Shown here: positions 50,440 to 63,900 of the stretch, one piece after another
How positions within the stretch are numbered: position 1 is the first letter of the stretch
How the letters are laid out: the number at the start of each line of letters is the position of its first letter
NCBI RefSeq assembly: GCF_964188315.1
Contig: NC_135663.1
Coordinates: forward strand, 49,910,001-49,974,000
From: Podarcis muralis
Taxonomy: Eukaryota
DNA length: 64,000 nt
Reading direction: 5' to 3'
Position numbers and translations under genes: made by a program
The notes under the pieces: generated by a model
Seen by the model: only the letters and a program-made list of their open reading frames with translations
What the model was told of the DNA's origin: nothing
Database searches by the model: none

Positions 50440-53400
50440 TTGAGTCAATTAGCACATTGTATTTTTTGTTCTCATCCATTTTCCTCATACAAATAATATA
50501 TTTCTGTGAGAAGAGTAATGTAGATAAGTGCTCCAACTTCAACCATCAGAGAAGTTACAGAAGGTACATCCCTGACCAGGGAAATTGCTGTAGCTGCACC
50601 TTGTACATTCTCGTCTTGAGCACATATTATACTATCTGGTAAGTGAGCTATTCATACAACAAGAAATGTTTGTAAAAATGAGGCTATTTTTGCCTTGTGC
50701 TGCTTGTGTATCAGTGTCTGTGTGAGAAGCAGAGACAGCAGAAGCTGTATTACACCCTGTGTAAAACCTAGTTGGAACACTGACCTAGTTAGATCAATGA
50801 GATTGCTCCGTCCATGTATTGCTGTGTTAAAAAGGGGACTCAAGCAGCTGCTATGAAATCAATAAAATATTTAGGACAAATTACGATGAAGATCTAGTCT
50901 TTTGGATAAGATTAGTTTTTTAAGGGGAGAAAATCCCCAAACTCCACTTACATTCATTAATTCGTATTGTAATTGTTATGCACTCATTTGGGGAAACTTT
51001 ATTTTATTAAAAGTAATATTTAAACATTCAAGTCATCTTCAGCTAAGTGGCTACTTTTATTACCACTGTTTATGCTATGCTTCTTTTACCCACCCACCCC
51101 AAGTGTGACATGTGCACTTTAAAGTAAGAAACATTATTCATGGAAATAAGATAAAAACGGCTTACAGTTTTAAGTATTGACTTGACTCCTAGCCTTTGAT
51201 AATTACTTCCTATCTCCCTGGGCTGCTGTGATACATACCTGCAAGGTGTCCAAGTCTATGTCAACACTAGAAAAACATGATAAAATTTAGAACCTGCCAT
51301 TGTAATTCTAATTCGCACTTACAATTGTGACATCCACAACATGATTTAGCCATTTAGTAATGCCAAAGTAGTTGATTTCTGAATTCTTTTTAAAAAAGAA
51401 AACACCTCATGGATGTTTAATTGTGATGATGTTCTGAGTGCAGATTCACTTTAGTGCTACATCCAAGATGCAGCAAGAAATAGCTTTGTACCTTTTGCAA
51501 TGATTCTGATAGTTCCTGATCTCCTAATTTGACTTTTGGGGATTAGAAAAGGATTCAGTGCAGTTTTGTTGATATCAGGAAACTATTTGCATTAGCTGGT
51601 GTAGGTTTTCTGCAGTCTTTGTGTTGATACCTTCCCAGTGCAAATGGTTAAGTGTACTGTGGAGACAAAGTGACTGTGTTGATTTCTACTGCTACGGTTT
51701 TAGGGCATGGTTTTATTATGCCAGAGAGATTCCTGATTGCCAAGTTTTGGCAGCTTTCCATTCTTAATATTACATTAGTAGTGAAAATTGTTTAAATAAA
51801 TAGGTTATGGGGCACTAGGTATTTCTTTTAGCAGCTTTCTTTCTGTTATTATCTGAATATGTTTAGTATTTCATATTGATATATAGATGGAGTCTTCTAA
51901 ATCAATTGTCGTTTGTATGTCTCATTCAGCTGCATCATTTGTTCACTGATAAACTAAAGTATTTGAAATAAACAAAGGAGGCACAAAAACTGCACAGTTT
52001 TAAAAATAATGTGGAAAAAACAGAACATTACATTACTATTTCTTTTGGGAGGAATGAACTAATAATGTGAACTTATATACAGCAAGTGAAAATAATTTGC
52101 CCGATGCTCACCTCCTCCAACAATGCAGCAAATATTTGTTGTTTATATTAGTACTATCACAGTCTTATCAGCACATCTTCACTGTGATCATTGCTGTGTC
52201 TATGTCTTCTCTAATTTACTTAGGTTTTCTACAGGGACTACTCCATTCGGTTAGGTCTCATTCTCTCAGGCATTTAAGCAGCCCACTGGAACTTAAGTGT
52301 TATCTCAAAACAAGTATTTAGCTGAACTTGCGGAGATGCTAGCATAAGCTCAGTTCTGTTTTAGCCTTGTTCACAGCTTGCAATGTGCGGAGAGGGCTCT
52401 GGCTTCCTGTTGCTTTTGCATATGGCACTAAATTTAGTTCTGGCAAGAATCACCATTTTTTTGACCTGCTTAATATTGGGGTTCCTGCCCATCAGGATTT
52501 GCAATATTAGATTCAGTGTTAGGCACTGTGCAATTTTTATTTACATAGCTTGATATGCATCTGCATGTACAAAATGAGCAAGAGCTGGAAATATGTTTAT
52601 TTTCCTGCTTCGGGACCAGGGCATCCCTCCTCTTACCATTCTCTGGCACTTCTAGGAACAGGACATTATAAATATCGGCTAGACTGCAAGCCTAAAACTC
52701 CAGCTTGAGCTTGCTCTATCTTTCTACTGCAGTCCTGCTCCCCCCCCCCATCTCTTAAGGCTACATATTGTTTCCTTGCATGTGTCTGAAATGGCCAAAA
52801 AGTTATTTGCTTTTGCACAAACATTTTGATTATTAATAATAAATCTCAGCAAAAGGGATAATTACATGGAATCTCAGTTTTGTAATGTTTCCACATGAAG
52901 ACGCAAGTGGAGAGTGAAGAACAGAACATCAACTGGACACTTTTGATGGAACAATAAATAGATTTGTCAGGCTTAAATCTACACTGTAGTGACGAACCCA
53001 AACACATTAATGAAATAGAAAATACAAACCTTTACATTTGTTGTGTTTAGTGGAGACTTCAGAGTCCAAATTTCAGAGACATTGAATATTCTCTAGTATA
53101 GCTGAATAAGATTAAAAGGTTCATGACCTGGGGAACAAGATAAAATACTAATCAGTCCCATTTATCATTCATTCCACCAAACAATCAGAAGTTATTCTAT
53201 GTGCCAACACAACTTGTGAGTGAATATTGCCTTGGCCATCAGTAACGTCCTTCAGGATAACCTAAAAAAGACCTATCTTTAGCTGCTAACGACAGAAGTA
53301 GCAACAGGTTTGATAAAGCAGCCATTATCATAATTGTGACCATGATGTGAAATCAAGGTATTTGAATCTGCTGACACAAATTAGGTTGTGGCTTGGTTTG

Positions 53401-55133
53401 CACATCACAGTAAGCTAAACTACATGCTGCATGTGAATGTGCATACTCCTGAAGAGAAGCATGCAACCACTTTGCTCCTCCCTGTCCTTTTTATTCCCAT
53501 GGTGCATTTAGCTAAGGCCTGGCTTTGTGGAACACGCCCCTCCAAACATGGGCTCATGGTTAAGTTCTCTGCTCACAAACAAGCTTTGGCTACAGCTTAA
53601 CTACAAGTCTGGGTTTGGACTACCCACTAAGCTGAATCTTGACTTATCACAGGAATAGAAAAAAGGCCAGAGAGAGGCAAAGCAGCTGCAAACTCCTATC
53701 CAGGAGCCTGCTTGCTTGCATAGTCTTGGCAAGCTATCATTTGGCTTATTGTGTCTTGCAAACCAGGCCAGTGTGGCTCAAAATTTCCATGTGAATTAAA
53801 TATCTTTCAGTACCTTATTTTCAGTAAGCTACCATTTCAACTGAACATGTATATTTACATTGTGTAATTCTCTTAATAATTCTTCCCAACTCTTATGGGA
53901 ATAATATGTTGGTTTTCCTGCCAAGAATCTGACACCCATTCCTGCTCACTCTACAGACCTCTGTTTTTAAAGAATTCCAGCACTATAGTTGGGGAGTCTG
54001 GTTGGGGAGTGTGAGTACTAGTCTAAAAACCAAAACATATCAGAGTACTGGGATAATATAGCTGGCACCAACCATTTTATATAGTCTTCTCCGCAGCTAA
54101 GTCTGTTCCACTTTCCTTTAAGTACAGAAATATGCTTAGGATCCTAAATCTTTAACAATACGATGAGTACCATACATCAGTATATTAATGTGTACATAAT
54201 AGGTTACCCACGGGGGAATTAGTAATACCATTATGTTGACAAAAAAAAACTTCGTCTGATTGCCCCAGTCTATCAGTATATCTCCTGCAAAACAAATGAT
54301 GTCATTCAGTAAGGAGTTGTCTTCCATTATAATAAAACCCATTATAAGCTCACAGTCTACCATTCAGATGAGGAATGATATTTAGAGACTCACGTCCAAG
54401 TTCTGCTGACCGCAGTCACATGAATTTTCCTGCCATATAATTAGAACTGTGTGGAAGGGTGTTCCATTTTAGAAAATCAGAAATGCAACATGTCTGAGAT
54501 AGAAAGAAACTCTGTGGGTACTGTATAGACAAACAGATTGATTAAATTTTATAGCAATTTGGACAAATGGAAGCATGTTTTGGTTTAAACAGATAATTAT
54601 ATAATGTACATTTGAATATTTCACCTGTACAGTGCCCACTAATTTAGTCTTTTGGAGATTCCAACTAGAGTTGCAAACTTCTGAGCAACATCAAAGAGCT
54701 TCCATTTAAAAACATATTAAAACTTTATCTGAGAATATTCTTGTCTTAAACTTTAGATGTAGGGGAGAATCCTTTCCTCTACATCCCCTAGGGCATTACT
54801 TCTTAGACTTTTGAAAATTGAGGCCATCTCCAGAATAATGAAGCTAATCACATACCCCTAAAAAACCCTATGTGTACATTGCTAGTGGCCGATAATTTTC
54901 AAAGTATATGAGGCTAGCATTCGTATGGAGCTCCTTTTACCCCATTTCATCTGTATCTTATTAACTGTGCCATGTAGTAGCATCCTGAAGCATTAAACGG
55001 TTGATATCTCTGTGTCCATCCACTTGTTGAATAGGTAGCAATGCCCTGGTTTTCAGGATTTAATTTGTGCCAGGTCTCACCATGATTTCAGTCTTGGCAA
55101 CTGTTTTCAGTGCCAGGAGTCCAAGACTATATC

Positions 55134-55630
55134 TGTTGTTGTTGCCATCTATCTGTCTGTCTCAAGAGACAATGGAGTGCAGCCCTGGAGATGAAGTCAA
55201 ATTGCTGCATTAGCAACACCGAAATAACTACCCCGGAGCACAAGCTTAGGCAGTGTGTATGGAGGTCCTGGACTGCCCAGATAACAATACCCTCTTCATC
55301 AGCCATGCTGATAGGGTCCAAAGGAAAGCAGAGCAATCGGTTTGCCACCAGCTAGGCTGCAGGAGTTGCCAGAAGAAGGTGTACAAGGCCCCATCCAACA
55401 GTCTTAGGGACTCCACTCCTGATTTGTGTAGCTTTTTCTCCTGAAGATATCCTGCAAGGCAACGAAGGTTAAGGATCTGAGAACCCTTATCTGGTTTAGC
55501 TGGCCAGTCTAAGCTGTTTACCAGGATGTGACTGCTGTCACATGCTGACAGCTTCTGGGAGCCACAGGTGTGAGCTGAGTGCAGGATGTGGACCAAAGGT
55601 GGACAGCCCAGAAGGAGCTGTCCCCCACCA
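55134..55630 (-). mobile_element. Non-autonomous RTE-derived element, copy C (5'-truncated, internally deleted)
   Basis: Collinear with copy B and carries a (CAA)n tail. Retains GUGGC-UCCCAG...GUC-ACAUCCU-GG and GCUAA. No clear TSD. Confidence 0.8.
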
Positions 55631-57185
55631 CTGCCAGTGCCTAGTGTAAACCCTCAGAATGCTACAAGGAGGGGGAAGAATTGGACTAGCCAAGGTTCTG
55701 CTGGATCCTAAGCCCAGCTTTCAGTGATGGACTAGATTTGGGCCTCTCTGATATGCTACCCTAGAGCTGATGCACCCGCCCCGCCCCCCACCTCAGAATG
55801 TGGGGAAGACACACTACCCTACCTTCTGCTCTGGCCAGCATGAGTGGCAGGGCAGGTGGCTCTGCTGCTCTGTTCAGCCCCACTGGTTAGGATTGCTCCC
55901 TAATTTGGTTTGGATTCAACCCTTTTCTTTTGACCCACTCTAGCTGCTATGCATACCGATTTTGCACCATTAGTGCCACTTTCAGAAGTTATTGTGTCAA
56001 GTCTAATGCCATGTGTAGAGCTCAATGATTATTTCTTTTTTGAAAACTGCTGCAAGAATATTGTTTTGAACATTCACAAAGTATACAAAAAGCTAATGCA
56101 TTTTGTGTATTATGCCAGCCTTCTTGCTAACATCTCGGTATTTGACCTCAGCATCTAGGACTATCAAAGCATCTAGGACTATCAAAGCAAATACCATATT
56201 ATCAGTGTGATAATAGATTCTATATCCTCAGATTTTTTTAAAAAAATGTTGTCTACAATTATGCAGCCTTTACAGTATTTAAATTGACTCACAATCTGAT
56301 TCAAAACATCCACAAGAAAGTCTTCCTGGCCTGAATCCAAAGAACTGTGCAACTAGTTTCACATGCCAAAGAGAACTTTGGATACATTTTCCTTAAACAG
56401 CAGCCCCTTATTCCACTTGACAAACCTATTTTGAACTGAAGGGCGGTTTCAAAAGTAGTTTGTGACATGTCTGCTATTCAAAGGGGCGTGGAACATCAAC
56501 TGGGCATGCCCAAGCAGTTCTCTGGGTCCCAGCTATTGGATCAAGTAGGGCTTGCTTCCTAGTACTGTAAGTCTTAAGATTTCAGCTTCAGCCCACTGAC
56601 CTTTCATTATTGTATTCCTACTTATAATTAAGCCCTCTCACTGAAGCATACAACAATTTTTACTGCACTATTTTTGTCTTTTTAATCTACTGCCTTATCT
56701 GTTAAATTACAATTTTAAGGATGTCCCAAGATTTTACAGAAATTTATATGTGCTTGTGTTGTGTGTACCTTATACTCTTGTGAAGAGTCTATTCTATGTG
56801 ATACAAAAAATATAGCAATTTAACTTTATAGTTGTATGGAAAGTAACATCATTAAGCTCCCTCTGCAAATATTTTTACTGCCATTTAAATTTAGACTCTT
56901 GTCATATGTCACATTTTATTTTATTTTATTTTTAGGCTAGTGAAAGCATAGCTAAAGGAAACAATCTTGGCTAAGCATGCCTTGAGGGTCCTCTCTGCCT
57001 GCTTTCTTCATGCCTTATACTTTTGTCACTCAAGCTGCATAGATGCACTCCAATAATTAATAGTAAACCGGGTGGGGAGAAAAAATTATTGGACCCCTTC
57101 TTGAGATCTTGTGTATAAAAAGGAAAAGTTCCCATGAGTGAAGTATATAAGTTAGCTTTTTTCAGGAAAAAAGAAAAGGAATGAA

Positions 57186-57517
57186 NNNNNNNNNNNNNNN
57201 NNNNNNNNNNNNNNNNNNNNNNNNNNNNNNNNNNNNNNNNNNNNNNNNNNNNNNNNNNNNNNNNNNNNNNNNNNNNNNNNNNNNNNNNNNNNNNNNNNNN
57301 NNNNNNNNNNNNNNNNNNNNNNNNNNNNNNNNNNNNNNNNNNNNNNNNNNNNNNNNNNNNNNNNNNNNNNNNNNNNNNNNNNNNNNNNNNNNNNNNNNNN
57401 NNNNNNNNNNNNNNNNNNNNNNNNNNNNNNNNNNNNNNNNNNNNNNNNNNNNNNNNNNNNNNNNNNNNNNNNNNNNNNNNNNNNNNNNNNNNNNNNNNNN
57501 NNNNNNNNNNNNNNNNN
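57186..57517. other. Assembly gap (332 N)
   Basis: Run of N. Confidence 1.
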
Positions 57518-58251
57518 AGCAGAGATTGCTTAAAACTTTTCTTTTTTCAGCTAGAGGGATTAGTTCAGTGCAGCTTTTTTAATTAAAGAAACTGTATCTT
57601 TTTCAAGGCAATTTAAGGCTGCAGTAGAAGGCCATCAGCATTCATAACTTAGTACTATTAACTATAACAAAGAGTTGCTATACCTTTTAAATTTTAAAAT
57701 AGGAGCCAATCTGCAGAATTTTAGAATTCATAATTGCTCCTTACCCAAAATAAGTAGCACTGAATGAATTACTGTCTAGCAGCTTCAAATATGATGCATT
57801 CCATTTGGCTTAGCTTCCTTTCTTTAAACCCCCATGGTAATTGTAGAGTGTTTTAATTGCATAAATAAGTGAAAATAGTTTTGGTGTACGCCTCCTTTGT
57901 TCAAAACTTATAAGGAATATTTATCCATTTAAAAAAGTCTGTACATATGCAACACACACATGCATAAAGTATTCAGTACTCAGGAAATATAAATTTGAGA
58001 TGAATTTACAGCTCAATTTAACCAAGGTAAATTGATGGAAACCTCAAATATTTCAAATAAGGCCCATATGGTGATCACTTTACAAAGCATATAGGGATGG
58101 TGCTTGGGTTGCAACATACACATCTCCAGCTAAATTCCATGTCAGATCAATTAGAAACAGTTCTCCTGGACAGACAGGAACAGAGTGTGTTGCCACTAGA
58201 CTGACAGGGTATAGACATGAAAGCAGCAAAACTAGGTCCTTCCTATTTAAC

Positions 58252-58297
<46 letters not shown>
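58252..58297. repeat. (ATT)n microsatellite
   Basis: Directly visible in the sequence. Confidence 0.95.
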
Positions 58298-58299
<2 letters not shown>

Positions 58300-59282
58300 A
58301 TATTGTATTCATATTTTTATTAGTAAACTTACATAAGATCAGTTGTATAATGAAATAAATTATTTTCCCCACCAATTTCAGTCAGGCTGGTATATACTGC
58401 TGGATGCATCAACTTAAAAGTTTGCATTATGTAGTCCCTGAGACCTGTAGCTATGTTTGAGCTTAACAGTTGATGGCGATAGCTGTTAGAAATTATTTCA
58501 AGCATTCTGTGATCAGACGAAATGGAACTTTATGAAAGTCTATGAGGGTGTCATAGTTGAAACTAATTTTATTTCTACCCCAAAAAGTAAAAATGAATAT
58601 ACCATAAATATATGTATTGATCTGTATATTAATATATATTAAGTATATTAATGTATTGATCTGTATACTAATAAGTGAGTGATATATAATTAAGGACCAT
58701 AATTAATGTAGCACTTTTAACTTGGAAAATGTTTTACATTTGTTGTGTTGCTTCTTGCAACAACCATGTGCCTTTTTTGTTCCCATTTTATGGAGAGAGA
58801 ATTGAGGCTGAGGGAGAACGATTTGGCTAAATAACTCTCTTGCCACTTACACACTAAATCAGCGGCTGGATAATATTTTTCACTCAGTTAATCTACTCTG
58901 TCTTTCCATCATGGATGTTATAGGCAATTACCTTATAGTATAATATTTGACAGTAGATCCTGAGAAAGTGAATGTAATTCCATTGATTAAATTTAACAAG
59001 GTTGTGTAAGTGGCCATTGGGGAACCTCTACCAGTGTTAAGGATTCTTCACAATAACTCAAGTGTGGGCAGGGGGAGTTGAAGCATTTCATATCAGAATA
59101 TTGTACATGCCTGTTTTACTGTAGGTACCTGTGCTGGGAACCTGCTGTCAGTCATAGTTTTCCAATAAAAGTATATGATAAATAGACATATGAGCAATCG
59201 TCTCGCATGAGATGGACATGAGCATGGGATCCTCACACCTGTGTCCATTGCAGACTACTGTAATGTGTGATATACCTTAAAG

Positions 59283-59628
59283 TTAAAGGTAAAGGGACCC
59301 CTGACCGTTAGGTCCAGTCACGGACGACTCTGGGGTTACGGTGCTCATCTTGCTTTACTGGCTGAGGGAGCCCGCGTACAGCTTCTGGGTCATGTGGCCA
59401 GCATGACTAAGCCGCTTCTGGCGAACCAGAGCAGTGCACGGAAACACTGTTTACCTTCCCTCCGGAGCAGTACCTATTTATCTACTTGTACTTCGTGCTT
59501 TCGAACTGCTAGGTTGGCAGGAGCAGGGACCGAGCAACAGGAGCTCGCCCCGTCGCGGGGATTCGAACCGCTGACATTCTGATCGTTAAGCCCTAGGCTC
59601 TGTGGTTTAACCCACAGCGCCACCTGCA
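59283..59628 (-). mobile_element. Sauria SINE
   Basis: Similar to the 49507-49842 copy. Possible TSD ccttaaag at 59275-59282 / 59638-59645. Confidence 0.9.
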
Positions 59629-61787
59629 TTAGGATTCCCTTAAAGACAGTTTGGCAACTGATAAAGAATTTTGCTGCCAGCTTATTGATGCATGTGGATA
59701 GGGGAGAACATACCGTATCTGTTCCGAGTTATCTGCATAAGCATTATCTAAAGTTGTTTTTAGGCAAATTTTTATAGTAAGTACAGAGCTTTAAATCCTT
59801 TACATGCCTCAGGTCTCAAGTATCTTAAACTCCCTAAGGTTTTAAGAATGGCCACTGTTACCTTCCGATAGGTATTGTCTCTAGGAAGGCAATGATATCT
59901 TACTTGATGAAGGTACTTTTCTGTGGTGACCCCAGAGCTATGGACGTTTCAGTAGGTTTCTCCTTGATTTATTTTTTGGTAGCAGGTTAAATTATGTTTA
60001 ATCCACTGGGCATTTGGAAACTAGGTGTAGATATTTTACTGTAGGTTTTTGGTACTTTTGAATTATGGTTTTATACTGCTTAAATTTGATATACATTATA
60101 TTTTTTGTTTCTAGCTTCTGTAAACCACATTGTTTACCACATTTTAAAAAGAAATATGTAATTAATATGAAATTGCAATGACTAAAAATTTAGACTTAAG
60201 AAATCACCATGGCTATGTACAAAACCTTGCTCAGTTAATAGTAGCAATAGTATAGTGGTGGTGATGTATGACAGCATGAGGATCACTTGGATCCCTCCTG
60301 CCCCAGGCAATATGTGGACTCTGTCAAGTTGGTTCTTTTATGAGTCCATAGTAAAGAGGGTCAATGCCTGGGTGAAACTAAAGTACCATGCTTTCACTAG
60401 AGGTCAACCTCATCTAGAGCATTGGTTTATGCAGTGGAACACAAACTAATGTAGCAGAAAAGCATGACCCCCATTTAAAGGTTGATTTGTATGATAATCA
60501 GTACATTCAGTGGCTCCAGAATGGATGTATGTAGGACCATAGTTTGCCTTAATTAAGGTAATTAAGACATATTTCTCATTGCAGACAGCCATTTAATTTT
60601 AGAGCTTAGTCAGTGATCTGAGTAGAATATTTGTTTTGCTAATTTATGGCCAAGCAAACTAAATTTCTCAAAATACCCATGGCAGCTTAGTAATATTTCC
60701 TTGTAAGGATGTTTTGGTTTTTTTTTTAAAGAAACTTATCATATTTCTCTCTTAATGCAGTAAACTGGAAATACCTGTACAATGAAAGCTACAGCTACAG
60801 TTTTGTTATATTTGACCTCAAAATCAAAAGACCCATTTGCTAATTTATTAATGGGCTACTGGCAGGGCACTGCAGCATACAGCAGAGCTGAAAGATTTGA
60901 TTTTAAACTGATTTACCTATTTAATTGGCTTACATCCTAGTACTTTATTTTGATGATATTGTGGATCAGTCTGCTTTGTGAGATGTTGAGTGATAAATTG
61001 GGGCTTAAGTTGTAAACATTTATTTCCCATTAAATCTGAATGTTCTACCTGCCACCCCCATTTTTAAAATAGAAAAAGATAACTAGGTTTATTTTCCTAT
61101 GGCTTTTCTAGGATTTTTCTGAATGAAAATTCAGAGTCTATAGTAACTTCATGTAATTACAAGATCTTCAGGCAGGTTGAAAGATTTTTTCAGCTGTCGT
61201 TAGGCACAAATGGATACCTGCCCTGCCTCCCAAATATAAGAAAATAGCAGCAGCAAAGTACAATTAGTAAGTTGAGGGGGTTATCTTTGGAGAGCCTTTG
61301 AGTAACCTGATACCACGCTGATCTGCTAGAATGCTCTCAGACTGCATGGCAAATATGCCCCCAAAGGCAGAGGCTAAAGGGGAGGCAGAAAAATGACCTA
61401 GCTCTGCTGTATTTTCCAGAGGAAGTCCTAAATGACTGTTCAGCCTGATCCAGCTCAGGGATAAAAACCATGGAGCTAATTGTAGGAAGAACAAATGGGA
61501 ATTGTAACTGTCACATTATGGCCAGCCAATAAGATTGATGGAGCAACTGAAACAACCCCCCCCCTTCTTCTTTTTTTAATATCATGCTTTCTTCTTGTCC
61601 ACAGTAATGCACAGAACTTGCTCTTTAACTCCCACCCAGTCAACCTCTTATCTAACTATCCTCAACCACATCTTGACGCATACCCCCAAAGCAAACTTAG
61701 TGGTTAGAAACAATTTCCTCGGATATGAGTTGTATTTCAGTGCCATTTGACAAGCATTTTTTAATGCACTTGAGTACCTTTAAAAAG

Positions 61788-61838
61788 GAGAGAGAGAGAG
61801 AGAGAGAGAGAGAAGCAGCAGCAGCAGCAGCAGCAGCA
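61788..61838. repeat. Compound (GA)n(GCA)8 microsatellite
   Basis: Directly visible in the sequence. Confidence 0.95.
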
Positions 61839-62599
61839 ACCACCCCCCTTCTACATAGAAGAGGTAGATTAACATGAAGGGGGGGCATCAGGGCAACTTT
61901 ACAAGTCTGGAGAGGACATGCCAATGCCTGGATTTCCCCCCCTCCCCGTTTTTATGGGTAGCTTCCAGCAGGCAGGAGCCAGAAAGTCGTGCGTCGGGGT
62001 TCAATCCTGCTGTTTCCTTTCAATTACACCTTGGATCTAAGAAGCCAAAGGGACTGGGAGGCTCTCCTTGACACTTTAATGCTGAAACACGTGCAACCTT
62101 TTTTCGTCTGGTACTGCAATATAAAAGTTTATTGCTAGTTGTCGTGGGGTGGGAAGAGAAGCAGTTTATTAAATTAATGCGCCGGCTAGACTGTAGATAC
62201 GGGTGTGTGTTTTTTAATAAAAAAATTATTAAATATTTTTAGTTCAGTCACGTCTAGTGACAGACTTTGGAAAGATGTTAGGATATTAGCCAGATCAGAT
62301 CTGAAAGAAACGTGACTTAACGCACTTCAAATTAGCTTAAAGGCTAAAGCGTAATTAAACTCCAGTAAGCTTCATCCTCTAGTATTAAACTTACCCTCCG
62401 ATCCTAAAACGCATTACTTGAAAGTAAGCCTCACAGCTTTAAGCAAGACGTTAAGACTGGACTGCTCCTCTCTGTTTTAAATAGTATTTTCTTTGCAAGG
62501 TACTTATCCTGTGGACTCGGTCTCTGAACTAGAAGGGGTGGCTTTCAACATATTCGCTACATCCCTTGCTATAAAATACACTGAAGAGGAGAGGATAGA

Positions 62600-63900
62600 A
62601 AACGCAGAGGGCAGATCTGCCTAAAGGGATGGGAAAATTTGTCCTTCCCTTGGATCTTTGCAGTACTTTTCCTCTTGCAATTATAATGTTAGATTCTTTT
62701 TTTCTACACAGAGAAGCGAATCTAACTGGGGTGTGGGGTGTGACAATTACATTTACACTTAATTTTTTTCCGGAAATTTACCCCCACCCTCCAAAAATAC
62801 CCTTCCTACACTATACGTTCCTGTTTACTCACTCCTCCGCATAGCAGTCTCAAATTTAAGTGTAGCCCAGAAAAATGCTTTATGTTCGAGCATTTCTCTC
62901 ATCGGTGCTGCGACTGCTTTTAGGAGGCAGCCCAAAGGCAGAGGAAGCTGCTGGGCCGTCGCTATTTTTTGAGGAGCGAGAACTTGAAAGGATTCTTTGA
63001 TGAGCCTTCGAAGTTTCTTGAACTGCACCTTGCCATTTCCTTTCCACTACCATGGTGGAATCCGGTGTCGAAAGCTGCCTTCAGAGCCCCACCCTCGCCC
63101 ATTGCCACGCGCCTCTCTCTCTCCAACTAGTAATTTCAGTGCCCTTTTCACACGAGCGGGTTGGCAGCCTCGGAACTTGAGCGGGCTGTTTAGATTACGA
63201 GGGCGTCGTGCCTCTTCCCCTGTCGTGGCGAAGAGATTTGTTTCATCACTGTGCTGCCCAATTTCCTGGTGTCTTCAACTACCGAAGGGTGTTTAAACAC
63301 GGGTGTGTCACTCCCTTTGCTTGTAAAGGCGCAGTCAGGAAAGAGGATTTTACGTGGTCAGAGTAGTGCCCACATTCGTTAACCGACAAGGTGAGCGAGG
63401 TCTTTTGGAAGGAAAAAGTCAGCTGCCGTCGCAGGCACCGGCCACCACAGGACAGCAGCCCAACCGAGATTGCTCAGTATGTGGCCACAAACCTACTTGT
63501 TCGCCCTCGAAGAGCTAGCTCCCTGTATGGCAGACTGGCCTTCTGCCATGCCTGCTGCACTTTTTACTCCACACACACCTGCTTTTCACCCACGGACCCA
63601 CCCACCTACTTTGTTTGTTTGTTTTGAGCCTCGATCCTGACGAAGAGTTCTGTGAAGCTCGAAAGTTAGCTCGGTGCTCTGCGATTTCTACATGGTTCTA
63701 ATGTATGACGATACAAGAGCGTTACGCTACTGTCTGTATCTGTTTGCATGTACATCCTCTCTTGTGAATTTAATACACTTCCCCATCACAAGTTTTTGAA
63801 ACCTGGGAAGGCAAGAGGGGGGAAGCGTGTATATGTGTGTGTGGTTTGTTGTGGGGCGGACGGCTTTCTGGCTGCTGTGTTACACAGGACGCAAGGAGTA
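62600..63900. promoter_or_regulatory. CpG-enriched promoter/first-exon-like region of an unidentified gene
   Basis: Visibly higher CpG density than the rest of the non-repeat window. Divergent consensus splice donors: minus GG|GTAAGT at 62395/62394 and plus AAG|GTGAGC at 63390/63391. Confidence 0.45.
63628..63675 (+). ncRNA. Minimal hammerhead-type motif, probably a Penelope (Neptune-type) pLTR relic
   Basis: UCGAUC-CUGACGA-A-GAGUU(CUGUG)A-AGCUC-GAAA-G-UUA-GCUCGG. Core intact, stem II about 5 bp with a small bulge or wobble, stem I 5 of 6 pairs. Confidence 0.55.

Noticed and set aside
57181-57582. 133-aa ORF
   Set aside because: Translation through an assembly gap.
17682-58297. (ATT)n and other repeats as CRISPR-like arrays; poly-N/I/L ORFs across them
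   Set aside because: Simple microsatellites without spacers in a eukaryotic genome. The ORFs are low-complexity artefacts.
5930-62100. The many 60-170 aa ORFs in the track outside the named elements
   Set aside because: No recognisable family, biased composition, lengths expected by chance, and several lie in non-coding repeats.
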